Source: Parcubacteria group bacterium Gr01-1014_3 (GTDB lineage Bacteria; Patescibacteriota; Minisyncoccia; UBA6257; WO2-44-18). Taken from it: 64,000 nucleotides of DNA. Below are positions 11,070 to 20,587 of the stretch, one piece after another. Position 1 is the first letter of the stretch, and each line of letters starts with the position of its first letter. The notes beneath the pieces are model-generated. The model had not been told where the DNA came from. It saw only the letters and a program-made list of their open reading frames with translations, and did no database searches. The stretch lies in the NCBI GenBank assembly GCA_007376445.1, contig VMGF01000001.1, forward strand, positions 21,802 to 85,801. The letters run 5' to 3'. A program made the translations under genes and the position numbers.

Positions 11070-11507
11070 ATGAGCAACGGAGCATTTATTTTTACACTAT
11101 TGATGATCCCGGGCTTATTCTTTCTGCCTATGATTTGGGATGTTTTAGTGTGGCTTTGTAAATGGATACGCCAACGAGAATTGCGCCGAGATCGAGAAAT
11201 ACAAGCGCAGATGGACGATGTGTATAGTAGAATTGTTGCCATACAAACTCCAAAAGACATTTGGTGCAATCCCCAACCGCCAGAACCTGAAATCCCGATG
11301 GAATTTTCTATCGCCGAAGCGGGCTTCAAGTGTCCGATCTGCAACCAAGAGGTTAGCAAAGATGCTGAGGTAGTCAGGTGTTCAAAGTGCCAAACACCGG
11401 CACATAAAGATTGCTTCGAGTTCAATGGTAAATGCGGAGTATTCGCGTGTAGCTGCGTGTCTTACACAAATACGATCTGCCGTATTTGCAAAGCGGTTTT
11501 GAGGTGA
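11070..11507 (+). CDS. membrane-anchored prokaryotic RING-finger-like protein (SD-led)
   Basis: N-terminal TM helix; CPIC-x12-CSKC-x3-HKDC-x5-C-x4-C; GGAGG upstream. Confidence 0.75.
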   Translation: MSNGAFIFTLLMIPGLFFLPMIWDVLVWLCKWIRQRELRRDREIQAQMDDVYSRIVAIQTPKDIWCNPQPPEPEIPMEFSIAEAGFKCPICNQEVSKDAEVVRCSKCQTPAHKDCFEFNGKCGVFACSCVSYTNTICRICKAVLR

Positions 11508-11580
11508 GAGAACGGAAGAGTGTATTGTGAAGATAAGAATTGTGGAAATTAAAATCCCCATCGAGATGATGGGGATTTTT

Positions 11581-11946
11581 TTATTCTTTGCCTCTTAGTT
11601 TTCGCAGCTCTTTCTGCCCGCCGCTATCCTGCGGCCGCACTCGCCCCATATACTTTTTAATCTCCAGATCCATAGTCGCTTTAACTTCATCAATTCCAAC
11701 GCGCACATCCGAAACCTCCGTCTCGCCTCGCAATAATTTTCCTGGCATCTGTAAATTGCACTCAACATGATACACATCCCCTTTCTGGTGATGCTTGGTA
11801 GTCCTGGCAACTTCTACCCGGGCCTCGGCTACGCCTTTTTCAACTAACTTCGAAATATATTTTTCTAAGGCGCCTATCTTATCCTCAATATACTGATCGA
11901 GCGCCGGAGTGCTAGTGAAGTTGGTGTATTTGGTAATTATTTTCAT
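11581..11946 (-). CDS. raiA: ribosome hibernation factor HPF/RaiA
   Basis: TPALDQYIEDKIGAL, HHQKGDVYHVECNL. Confidence 0.88.
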   Translation of the reverse strand: MKIITKYTNFTSTPALDQYIEDKIGALEKYISKLVEKGVAEARVEVARTTKHHQKGDVYHVECNLQMPGKLLRGETEVSDVRVGIDEVKATMDLEIKKYMGRVRPQDSGGQKELRKLRGKE

Positions 11947-12029
11947 AGGGTTTTCTCTTTTATAACTTCCGATTTTGAATGTTGGTTTTATTATTCGCAA
12001 TATTAAATCTCTGATTTGTATATTCGCGA

Positions 12030-12995
12030 TTACTCCACATATATCACTTCCTCCTCTAACTTTATGCCGTATTTCTTATCCACGCCAGACTTCACCAGTT
12101 TAATTAACTGCTTCACATCCTCCGCTTTGGCGCCGAGCGCGTTGACGATAAAGTTTGGATGCTTTGGCGAAATCATCGCGCCGCCGAAGCTGACTCCTTT
12201 CAATCCAGCCTGCGAAATAAGGTACGCCGTCGGCACGACCGGGAATGGGTCTTTTTTGATAACTTCCTTGAACTCTGAGTGGAGTTTTTTCGGGACCAGT
12301 CGCAAATCCACATTCTTAAAAATACTGCCGATATTCGGATACTCCAGCGGCTGGCGCGCTTTCCGGTAGGCGATCTTTTCCTCGATCGCCGCGCGGATGG
12401 CTTTCTTGTCGCCTTTTTTCATTTTGAAAACTGCTTCGATAATAATCTCCTTTGGCCCTAAGCCGACTTGCCCTGAGCTTGCCGAAGGGTCGTCGATCTT
12501 GAAAATGCTATTTCGATAACCAAATTTACATTCTGCATTATTGCGCTTCACTATCTTCGGGATCTTGGCAGAAATATCTAGGCTGACAACTTCATTTATA
12601 TTGTCTTTCGTTTCACCACCAAAAGCTCCGGCGTTACCGCGGATTGCGCCACCAACCGTCCCAGGCAGACCGCCAGCCCATTCGAATCCTGAAAGTGATT
12701 TAGTAATTGAGTAATTGAGTAATTCAGAAATCTGCACACCGGCTCCAACCCGGATCAGATTACCTTCCGCTTTTAATAAACCGATCTCCGGCTTTAAAAC
12801 CAGCCCGCCAAAACCCGCGTCGCTGATCAGAAGGTTGGTACCGCCGCCCAGCGTGAAGATCGGGAGTTTTTCCGCGCGCGCTTTTTCCACGGCGCAAACT
12901 ATGTCCTCAACAGTTTTCGCGGCAAAAAAATAGCGGGCAGCGCCGCCAATTTTGTAGTTGCTGTATTTGGCTAATTCGATTTTATTCTCAAACAT
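12030..12995 (-). CDS. murB: UDP-N-acetylmuramate dehydrogenase
   Basis: GGGTNLL, GLPGTVGGAIRGNAGA, GYRNS, GSIFKN, HPNFIVN. Confidence 0.96.
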   Translation of the reverse strand: MFENKIELAKYSNYKIGGAARYFFAAKTVEDIVCAVEKARAEKLPIFTLGGGTNLLISDAGFGGLVLKPEIGLLKAEGNLIRVGAGVQISELLNYSITKSLSGFEWAGGLPGTVGGAIRGNAGAFGGETKDNINEVVSLDISAKIPKIVKRNNAECKFGYRNSIFKIDDPSASSGQVGLGPKEIIIEAVFKMKKGDKKAIRAAIEEKIAYRKARQPLEYPNIGSIFKNVDLRLVPKKLHSEFKEVIKKDPFPVVPTAYLISQAGLKGVSFGGAMISPKHPNFIVNALGAKAEDVKQLIKLVKSGVDKKYGIKLEEEVIYVE

Positions 12996-13066
12996 GCATT
13001 TATTCATCTATCACTCCTTTAATTTAAATCATCTTGGCTAATTTTCCAAATATTATATACTGAACT

Positions 13067-13165
13067 AAAGTCGGCCTTTTGAAGGGCTGTATGGACGCGC
13101 ACTCAATTAACACAAATTGTATTGGAGGTCACCACATACAGCCCTTTAAGGGGCTGACTTTTTTT
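13067..13165 (+). ncRNA. candidate ~100-nt hairpin small RNA
   Basis: 27-bp stem whose 4 mismatches are all G-U on + strand; TATACT at 13056-13061; U-tract at end. Confidence 0.5.
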
Positions 13166-13211
13166 AATAAAAAGGACCAGGTAATCCTGGCCGGTTTGAA
13201 TCATCTTAAGC

Positions 13212-13475
13212 TTACTTCACGCGAATGGTAGTTTTTTGTTTTTCGCCACAGACGATGCACGCGAGAAAGCTGATTACTCCTTTAACATAACCGAAACCGT
13301 GCATCACCTTTTCGCAATGCAGATGAGAATCGACTCTGCCATAGTAGTACAATTGATTGTCTGGGATTCCCTCTTTTGGATTCAAGATTTTTTCCAAAAT
13401 CTCAGAAGGAATTTCCTTCAAGTCCTTACCGCCACCGCAGTCACACTTTTCCTCGTCGCCTTCCTGATCAGCCAT
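13212..13475 (-). CDS. small Cys-containing hypothetical protein (SD-led)
   Basis: GAAGGAGG upstream; CDC, HC, CIVC. Confidence 0.7.
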   Translation of the reverse strand: MADQEGDEEKCDCGGGKDLKEIPSEILEKILNPKEGIPDNQLYYYGRVDSHLHCEKVMHGFGYVKGVISFLACIVCGEKQKTTIRVK

Positions 13476-13555
13476 CTATGTCCTCCTTCAAAGCCAGCGC
13501 ACATACTTTATGTACGCGGTCGAGCATATAAAAGGAATTTCTTATGTGCTCGATT

Positions 13556-14043
13556 CCGCCGATAGATTAGCAATTTAGGATGGATTTGTCAAATAAAAAA
13601 ACCGCTATCCAGTAGCGGCTTCGTAGAATTTCACGGTCATTTTGTATATTTTATTTTTAGATGCTTCCATCGTGTAACCAACTACGTAGTCAAAAAAATT
13701 CCTACGGTTAACACTTTGATCTAGCCCCCGCCAGCCCAGATAAATACAGTGAGCAAAATCTTGACCGCTAACCGTGATCAGAAGCTTGTTCTTCTCGACC
13801 TCTTTCTTAGTTAATTCGTAGATCTTTGTTTCGAGAATGTCCCGATCTTTTCCAGAGAACTTTTCGGTAACCTTAGATCCGAGCGGATGACTACCCTTCA
13901 CAATCAGCGTGATGCCTCTTAAAATTCGGTAATTTCTGCCATCCTGATCAGTCTGAATCGGAAAACTTTCGCTCATCCAGCCTCCTTCAAAGTACCGCCG
14001 ATAGATTAGCAATTTAGGATGGATTTGTCAAATAAAAAACCGC
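13556..14043. repeat. ~45-bp direct repeat containing a minus-strand promoter, flanking ORF 13605-13976
   Basis: CCGCCGATAGATTAGCAATTTAGGATGGATTTGTCAAATAAAAAA at 13556 and 13995. Confidence 0.9.
13605..13976 (-). CDS. hypothetical protein (SD-led)
   Basis: GAAGGAGG upstream of ATG 13976. Confidence 0.72.
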   Translation of the reverse strand: MSESFPIQTDQDGRNYRILRGITLIVKGSHPLGSKVTEKFSGKDRDILETKIYELTKKEVEKNKLLITVSGQDFAHCIYLGWRGLDQSVNRRNFFDYVVGYTMEASKNKIYKMTVKFYEAATG

Positions 14044-14045
14044 CG

Positions 14046-14276
14046 TTATAACGGCGGTGCCTGGTTCGGATTTTTCACGAAATCAACGGAGGTTAGGCCT
14101 GTAGAAAGCTCTTTTTTAACATCGTAGTCAGTGCCTTCCCAGGCAACGAATACATCGCAAGCCGAGCCGATCGCCGTATCCCAGCACTTCGCTAGTAATG
14201 GAATCCGAGGATCATCAGGACCAATACCTCCCTGCTTTAAAAATTCCGCAAAGGTAACCGTGTCAGAATCGATCAC
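14046..14276 (-). CDS. hypothetical protein (SD-led, GTG start)
   Basis: TGGAGGT upstream; TTGACA promoter ending at 14334. Confidence 0.68.
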   Translation of the reverse strand: MIDSDTVTFAEFLKQGGIGPDDPRIPLLAKCWDTAIGSACDVFVAWEGTDYDVKKELSTGLTSVDFVKNPNQAPPL

Positions 14277-14459
14277 GCCAAACCTCCATTCAAAAGACCG
14301 CCAGTAGACTATCAAGATTTCAACTTTTTGTCAATCTAGACCCCTCCCTTATCGCTCCAGCCAGAGGCGGACAAGTTCGCGCAAAAAGGAGGGGTGCTCG
14401 ATTTTGTAGATGTTCGGCCACCGCCATGGCGGGGCAGGCAAGCTCACATACAAAATCGG

Positions 14460-14560
14460 CAAACAAAAGACTCCCCGAAGGGAGTCTTTTGCCACAAATT
14501 GCTAGGGCATTTCTTAGATCGGCTTGCGCTGAACTAAGAACTACTCATCACTCAATCTAC
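14460..14560 (-). ncRNA. candidate small RNA divergent from rny
   Basis: TTGACT-17-TATACT (14594-14566), GCAA-tetraloop hairpin, GACTCCC-TTCG-GGGAGTC terminator, no ORF. Confidence 0.45.
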
Positions 14561-14653
14561 CTACAAGTATACACGAATTGACTTAAAAAGTCAACGGCGC
14601 TACAATGTGGGTAATGTCGCAAACATTATTAACTAAATTTTCGAAATTAACAT

Positions 14654-16147
14654 ATGACACCAATTTTTCTCCTCGGTGGAGGGGCGGTTTTGTTTTTAGG
14701 TATCGCGCTTGGGTACTTCGTTCGTCAGGTTCTATCAACTAAGCAGTCGAACTCGCTTGAGCAGAGGGCAAAGCAGATCATTCTTGATGCCCAGGATAAG
14801 GCAGTCAGCTTATTAAACGACGCCAAGAAGGAAGAGCGTGAAAGAAAACTCCAGGTTGATAAGACCGAGGAGCGTTTGTTTAAAAAGGAAGAAAACCTCG
14901 ACCGCCAATCAAAAGCGGTCATTGACCAGGAAAATAAATTCCGGGGCGAAGTCAGCAAGCTTGAAGAGTCTAAAAAAACCGTCGCCGAACTTCATCAAAA
15001 AGCCGTTTTGGATCTGGAAAAAGTGGCCGGTCTAACCGCCGAGGAAGCCAAGGCGAAGCTGATGAAAGCCGTGCAAGAAGATCACCGCGCCAGTCTTATT
15101 AAGACCATTCAGGCGATGGAACATGAGAAAAAAGAAGAAATCGAGAAGAAGAGTTTGGAGATCATTACTGGCGCGATCCAGCGTTATGCCCGTTCTCATG
15201 TAGCCGACCTGACCACTACCGTATTCACCCTGCCAAACGAGGAGATCAAGGGTAAGATCATCGGCCGCGAGGGCCGGAATATCCGCACCCTAGAGCGTTT
15301 AACCGGCGCGGAATTGATCCTCGATGAATCCCCGGAAAGCTTGGTAATCTCTTCCTTTGATCCCCTTCGCCGCGAAGTGGCCCGTCTGACCCTGGAAAAG
15401 CTCATTAAAGACGGCCGCATCCAACCAGCCAAGATCGAGGAAAAAGTGGAGGAAGCAAAAAACGAAATGAACCGCCGCATGACCGAAGTTGGCGAACAGG
15501 CTTGCATGGAAGTCGGCGTAATCGGTTTACCAAAAGAATTAGTTCAGCTCTTGGGCCGGCTCTTTTTCCGAACCAGCTACGGCCAGAATGTTTTGATCCA
15601 TTCAATTGAAATGGCGCATATTGCCGGTATTATCGCTGCCGAACTTGGCGCTAACGTGGAAACCGCCAAAGCCGGAGCGCTCTTGCATGACATCGGAAAA
15701 GCCATCAGTCATGAGGTTGAAGGCACGCACGTGAACCTCGGCCGGAAGATCTTGCAGAAATATAATATCGACGAAAAAATTGTCCTGGCTATGGAAGCTC
15801 ATCATGAAGAATATCCGTTCGCCACTCCGGAATCGTTTATCGTGGCGGCTTGCGATGTTATCTCCGCCGCCCGTCCAGGCGCCCGCCGCGACACCGCGGA
15901 AAACTACCTGAAGCGTCTCGAAGACCTGGAAAAGATCGCTTCCAGCTATGAAGGCGTCAAAACCGTTTATGCTCTTTCCGCCGGCCGCGAGATCCGTGTC
16001 TTCGTGGTACCGGAAAAGATCGACGACTTCGGCGCTTTGCAGATGGCTAAAGACATCGCCGGCAAGATCTCTTCCCAGATGAAATATCCTGGCGAGATCA
16101 AGGTGAATGTCATCCGCGAGACCCGGGCTGTTGAGTACGCCAAATAG
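14654..16147 (+). CDS. rny: ribonuclease Y
   Basis: TM helix, coiled coil, KH (GKIIGREGRNI), HD (LLHDIGK). Confidence 0.98.
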   Translation: MTPIFLLGGGAVLFLGIALGYFVRQVLSTKQSNSLEQRAKQIILDAQDKAVSLLNDAKKEERERKLQVDKTEERLFKKEENLDRQSKAVIDQENKFRGEVSKLEESKKTVAELHQKAVLDLEKVAGLTAEEAKAKLMKAVQEDHRASLIKTIQAMEHEKKEEIEKKSLEIITGAIQRYARSHVADLTTTVFTLPNEEIKGKIIGREGRNIRTLERLTGAELILDESPESLVISSFDPLRREVARLTLEKLIKDGRIQPAKIEEKVEEAKNEMNRRMTEVGEQACMEVGVIGLPKELVQLLGRLFFRTSYGQNVLIHSIEMAHIAGIIAAELGANVETAKAGALLHDIGKAISHEVEGTHVNLGRKILQKYNIDEKIVLAMEAHHEEYPFATPESFIVAACDVISAARPGARRDTAENYLKRLEDLEKIASSYEGVKTVYALSAGREIRVFVVPEKIDDFGALQMAKDIAGKISSQMKYPGEIKVNVIRETRAVEYAK

Positions 16148-16281
16148 TTTGGTATAATGATTTCACATTAAATAAAAAGGTCGCAACAAACAAAACACAA
16201 ATCCACAAATGCGCACTAATGCCACAAATATTCGTGTCATTCGTATAAAATTCGTGGATTGGTGTTATATAACGTAAACGC

Positions 16282-16557
16282 ATGAAGAAAGAAGGATTAG
16301 TCGAAGGAGTAATGAAGGTAGCTAAAATGGAAACGAAGAAGTCTGCTCAGATGGCGGTGGATGCCGTGTTTGAAACCATCACCAAGGCCTTGAGCCGTGG
16401 CGAAGAGGTTGGCGTAACCGGCTTTGGCACCTTTCGGGTGGTAAAGACCAAAGCGCGCATGGGTATCAATCCGAAGACCGGAGAGAAACTTCAAATCAAA
16501 GCTGGCATTAAGCCGAAGTTCAAGGCTGGCGCTACTTTGAAGGATGCTGTAAAATAA
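16282..16557 (+). CDS. hup: DNA-binding protein HU
   Basis: GFGTF, ARMGINPKTGE, PKFKAG. Confidence 0.95.
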   Translation: MKKEGLVEGVMKVAKMETKKSAQMAVDAVFETITKALSRGEEVGVTGFGTFRVVKTKARMGINPKTGEKLQIKAGIKPKFKAGATLKDAVK

Positions 16558-16615
16558 ATAGGCAGGTTAAGTAAACTGGCAAAAACAAAAACACCCCGCA
16601 TGGGGTGTTTTTGTT

Positions 16616-17407
16616 TTATTTATTAATAGCCGCTCTTACTACCCCGCTGATCTCTAAAAAGTTCTTATAAGCCGATTTAACTTTGATTAGTGACGATGAA
16701 ACTATGGTTCGGATGGTCGGAGACTGGATAACCTGGGCCGGTTCCGGATCAGCTTGGGCCAGCAGAACCTCTTCGGCTAAAAGCTGTAGCCGGTCGGCGG
16801 ACTTCAACAGCTCGGCGGCATCGTTGAGCAGCGCGCGCACGCGGGCAATATTAAACTCCTTAACTTCCTGTAAATACTGCACATCGTCTTCAATTAGTCT
16901 GAGGCGATTGTTAGCGGTGTTTAAAATACTCCGGCCCTGGAATACGAGCAGAAATTCCACGATCTTTTCCATCTCCGGAGTAACTATAGAATCCCGCCAG
17001 TCCTTCAATTCGGCGGCCAACGCCTTGATAGAATCCACATCCTCCAACTCACCAAGCTTGCTTAAGACAGCGTTATAATGCTGAACAAAGCTCCGGAGTG
17101 AAGCTGCGTGGGCATCCCTCAACTCTTCGTATCCAGGCGCTAAACCACGCAGTAAGGTCAAGCGGCCGATAAATTCGTTAGTCCGAATAATAGAACTATC
17201 GATGATCTTTTGCAGAGCCTGCTTGTGCGCCAGCGGATCCTCGGCCTCCTTAGCCTTATTCACGCTATCAGTCGCATTTTGAATAGCCGACTTTAGGGCG
17301 TCGGTTTGGGCTTTAACCACGCCAGCCGGCAATAAAAAAAGGGTCGCAATTAACAGCGCCACCACCCAGAAAGTGCCGTTAGATTTTTGAGAAATAATTT
17401 GAGTCAT
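16616..17407 (-). CDS. exported helical hypothetical protein
   Basis: Signal peptide ending VKA; all-helical pattern. Confidence 0.75.
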   Translation of the reverse strand: MTQIISQKSNGTFWVVALLIATLFLLPAGVVKAQTDALKSAIQNATDSVNKAKEAEDPLAHKQALQKIIDSSIIRTNEFIGRLTLLRGLAPGYEELRDAHAASLRSFVQHYNAVLSKLGELEDVDSIKALAAELKDWRDSIVTPEMEKIVEFLLVFQGRSILNTANNRLRLIEDDVQYLQEVKEFNIARVRALLNDAAELLKSADRLQLLAEEVLLAQADPEPAQVIQSPTIRTIVSSSLIKVKSAYKNFLEISGVVRAAINK

Positions 17408-17408
17408 T

Positions 17409-17795
17409 TTATAAAGTTAACTCGTCGAGCAACTTATCAATTTCAGCGCCAATGGCTTCATCGGACTCGAGATAATACTTAACTTCGCCAAGCTGGATCT
17501 GAAAATCCAGATTGCTAGCTTCACTGCGAAGTTTGGCTTCGTTGATCAAAGAAACCGCGCCAGGCGAAACTTTCTGAAGATTCAGATAAGAGAAGCCGCC
17601 GATAACCACGAAAAGCAAAAGGCTGGCCAGAGATAAGGCCATGCTCAACTTCAGACTGTCCAAAACTCCCCGGACTAGACCTGGAAACTGCTTCTGCGGA
17701 GCGGAGATGATTAAATTCTTGGAACGTTCAAGAAAGCCTTTTTCCGGCTGTAGAATCTTCAGTGATTTTAAAAGTTGTAAGATCTTTTCCTCCAT
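17409..17795 (-). CDS. single-TM protein, putative anti-sigma factor
   Basis: Directly downstream of an ECF sigma gene; central TM helix. Confidence 0.55.
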   Translation of the reverse strand: MEEKILQLLKSLKILQPEKGFLERSKNLIISAPQKQFPGLVRGVLDSLKLSMALSLASLLLFVVIGGFSYLNLQKVSPGAVSLINEAKLRSEASNLDFQIQLGEVKYYLESDEAIGAEIDKLLDELTL

Positions 17796-17840
17796 TTAAT
17801 TTAATTCGCAATATTAATTCTTTTATTTGTACATTCGCGA

Positions 17841-18401
17841 TTACTCCGATTCACCATCGGCGGACCGATCTCCCAGTTGTTCCCTGAGAGCATTGAGAGC
17901 GCGGTGCTGGATGAGCCTTACTGCCCCCTCACTTTTACCCAGCGTCGCGGCAATATCGCGATGCGGCAGGTCTTCGATGAATTTCATTATCAAAACGTCT
18001 TGCTGTTCAGGACCCAAGTTCCGCATAGCCTTCTGGATGACTTCCAGACTCAAGATTTTCTCCAGATTGTTTTCCGTCATGTCCACCAGCTTGACCGCGC
18101 TTTCATCCAACTCATCAACGTTGGCATGAAACTTTTTAGTCCGGTAGTGGTCAATGACCTTGTTTCGGGCGATCTGGTAAAGCCAGCTCGAGAATGGAAA
18201 GCCTTGCGACTTATATCCCCGAAGGTTCTGCCAGGCGCTTAAAAACACATCGTGGGTCAAATCTTCGGCCTCATACCGATTAGTGACCTTGAGAAGGATG
18301 AAGCGATAAATTTGAGGCGTGTAGTGGTCGTAAATTTGGCCAAAACACTCCTTTTCGCCCTTCTTAGCCCTATTAATTAATTTATCCTCACCTTCTAGCA
18401 T
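17841..18401 (-). CDS. ECF RNA polymerase sigma factor
   Basis: AEDLTHDVF, FSSWLYQIARN, IAATLGKSEGAVR. Confidence 0.95.
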   Translation of the reverse strand: MLEGEDKLINRAKKGEKECFGQIYDHYTPQIYRFILLKVTNRYEAEDLTHDVFLSAWQNLRGYKSQGFPFSSWLYQIARNKVIDHYRTKKFHANVDELDESAVKLVDMTENNLEKILSLEVIQKAMRNLGPEQQDVLIMKFIEDLPHRDIAATLGKSEGAVRLIQHRALNALREQLGDRSADGESE

Positions 18402-18463
18402 ATATAACGAATGAGCAGGGTATTTGTTCCCCGCCCTATACCATGATATAATACTATAAAGTT

Positions 18464-19231
18464 ATGCTTTTGCCTATCCTGATTGGAAGCTTTCTTGTCT
18501 CCTTAATCGCCTTCTCGGGCGTACTTTTTTTGGTTTTTAAGCCACAGCTGGTCCAAAAACTGGCCTTTTACCTGATTAGCTTCTCGGCCGGCACACTTCT
18601 AGCGGTTGTCTTCTTTGACCTGTTGCCGGAAGGTATTGAGTTGGCGGAAGAGATGTCCATAGAACCACATAGCGTAATGCTTTTTGGTCTGGTTGGTTTC
18701 TTAATTTTCTTTTTGATGGAAAGGCTGCTGATCTGGTATCACTGCCACGATCAGGACGTCTGCCAAGTTCACCGGTCCCAATCCACTCCCCTGATCCTGA
18801 TCGGCGACGCGGTACATAACGCTATCGATGGCGTGATCATCGCTCTCGCTTTCATCGCCGACTACAAACTGGGCATTCTTACCACGATTTCTGTGGCGCT
18901 CCATGAGATCCCTCAGGAGATCGGAGACTTCAGCGTGCTAATCCATAACGGCATGAGCCGAGGACGAGCGATCTTTTTTAATGTCATGGTCGCCTTCACC
19001 ACGGTGATCTCCGCGGTGTCATTCTATTACCTAGGCGATTTAGTTAATATCGAATCCTTCCTCCCGGCGGCCTTAGCGCTGGTAGCTGGCGGCTTCATCT
19101 ACATCGCTTCGGTGGATCTCATTCCGGAAATTCACCACGATACACGCCCACGAACCATGCTGATCACCACCATCCTCTTCGTCTTCGGTATTCTAGCGAT
19201 TTATTCAGCGGGTCAACTCTTGCCTCATTAG
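18464..19231 (+). CDS. ZIP-family metal transporter
   Basis: GDAVHNAIDG, HEIPQEIGDF. Confidence 0.93.
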   Translation: MLLPILIGSFLVSLIAFSGVLFLVFKPQLVQKLAFYLISFSAGTLLAVVFFDLLPEGIELAEEMSIEPHSVMLFGLVGFLIFFLMERLLIWYHCHDQDVCQVHRSQSTPLILIGDAVHNAIDGVIIALAFIADYKLGILTTISVALHEIPQEIGDFSVLIHNGMSRGRAIFFNVMVAFTTVISAVSFYYLGDLVNIESFLPAALALVAGGFIYIASVDLIPEIHHDTRPRTMLITTILFVFGILAIYSAGQLLPH

Positions 19232-19274
19232 TAATTAAAAAGCCCCTTGTGGTTGTTACCACAAGGGGCTTTGA

Positions 19275-19757
19275 TTACTGGCCTCTCCAGAACCGCTTGG
19301 TCCAGGCCCAGAGCGCCTTCGCGATCTGGGCGATAGTTCGCATCTGCTGCTGTTCTCGCCACTGGGCCACGCCAACAAGATCCGCGACGATCCGTGGGCT
19401 GTTCTTGATCTGAACCGAGATCACTTCGGGGGTCATGAACTGTCGGCCACGAATTGTGAAAACCGGACGCATTCCGATGACCAGCAATCCCAGCTTGACC
19501 ATCGGACTTCCCCAGCTCGAACCGTAGAAAAGAGCCTCGGTCGGTTCGAGCTGAACGTCGCCGGTCACCCCCAGAACCACTCTCAGATTCTGCGGATCCA
19601 CCATCGTGAGATAAATGGTCATGTTGCCCTGAGTCCGGATCGTCAGCATTTGATCCGCCTGAAGCTCTTCGAGACGAACACTCGGTAGATCCTGGGATTC
19701 GTCGATGAGCTGGGCCAAAACCGGATCCCAACCTTCACGTCCCGTGTTTTCTTTCAT
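19275..19757 (-). CDS. hypothetical protein (SD-led)
   Basis: GGAGGAG upstream; GC-richer codons. Confidence 0.7.
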   Translation of the reverse strand: MKENTGREGWDPVLAQLIDESQDLPSVRLEELQADQMLTIRTQGNMTIYLTMVDPQNLRVVLGVTGDVQLEPTEALFYGSSWGSPMVKLGLLVIGMRPVFTIRGRQFMTPEVISVQIKNSPRIVADLVGVAQWREQQQMRTIAQIAKALWAWTKRFWRGQ

Positions 19758-19759
19758 GG

Positions 19760-20035
19760 CTACTCCTCCATCTTGATCCGAAACTCGGTCACGCGCTCGA
19801 CCTCTTTGGGGATCAGCTCCTTCGCTAGGATTCTGCCAACCTCCGGCAAGTTCTCAAGCCGATCCCAGTCCATGATGCACAGCTGCCTGGCGTCCTCGAT
19901 GTTGCCGATGATGACCAGACCCGCGATCACAGTGATCGCGTCCAATTTCTGGTCATCCTTCAGCCTGTCGTACGCCTCTCGTAGACGCAGAGAAAAACTT
20001 TCTCTGTGCTTTTCGCTGGCCAAATAGTGAAGCAT
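19760..20035 (-). CDS. hypothetical protein (SD-led)
   Basis: TAAGGAGG; TTGACT-17-TATAAT at about 20093-20065. Confidence 0.72.
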   Translation of the reverse strand: MLHYLASEKHRESFSLRLREAYDRLKDDQKLDAITVIAGLVIIGNIEDARQLCIMDWDRLENLPEVGRILAKELIPKEVERVTEFRIKMEE

Positions 20036-20158
20036 ATGGTCGCCTCCTTAATGTTCTGGGTTGGATTATATCACTAAATAGCCTGAAAGTCAATAGTTGT
20101 CGAGAGTCGAAATTTAAGCTAAAATAAGCCTGTTCCTTGAATAAAAAGGAGGTGTCGC

Positions 20159-20500
20159 TTGAATGCTGTCTATATCGCGCTTGAAGCCTTGCGTTTCTCC
20201 AAGAAGGCTGGACATGGTGTCTGCCCGCGCCGGGTCGAGGAGCTCCGGATCGAAATCGAGAACGGAGCCGAAATCCATCCGATCCGGGTGAACGCTCTCG
20301 GCGACGGCACCTACACGATCAAGGACGGTCGCCATCGCGTGAAGGCGCACATCCTCGCCGGTTTCTCGGAGATTCTGGCAGTCATCGAGAATACAGCTAG
20401 CCGAATTAAACGTTTACTAAGAAAGGTTTTTGGTTTCCTCAGCCGCTCGAAAGAGCGGTTTTTTATTGTCGCTACTATCACATGTGATAGTACTATCTAG
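20159..20500 (+). CDS. stand-alone ParB/sulfiredoxin-like domain protein (TTG start, SD-led)
   Basis: PIRV...YTIKDGRHRVKA; AAGGAGGTG upstream. Confidence 0.75.
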   Translation: MNAVYIALEALRFSKKAGHGVCPRRVEELRIEIENGAEIHPIRVNALGDGTYTIKDGRHRVKAHILAGFSEILAVIENTASRIKRLLRKVFGFLSRSKERFFIVATITCDSTI

Positions 20501-20535
20501 CTGGATAGTACCGCTTTCCTATTGGAAAGCGGTTG
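20471..20535. repeat. tandem CTWTC-N6-GAWAG palindrome array 1
   Basis: Three units directly upstream of TTGCGG-17-TAATAT. Confidence 0.8.
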
Positions 20536-20587
20536 CGGGCGAGCTTGTTGTCTTGTAATATATGGTCGTACTTTGAAAGGATAATAA

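Noticed and set aside
13170-14335. Classical integron cassette array
   Set aside because: No recognisable RYYYAAC...GTTRRRY attC sites and no intI; the ORFs have their own promoters.
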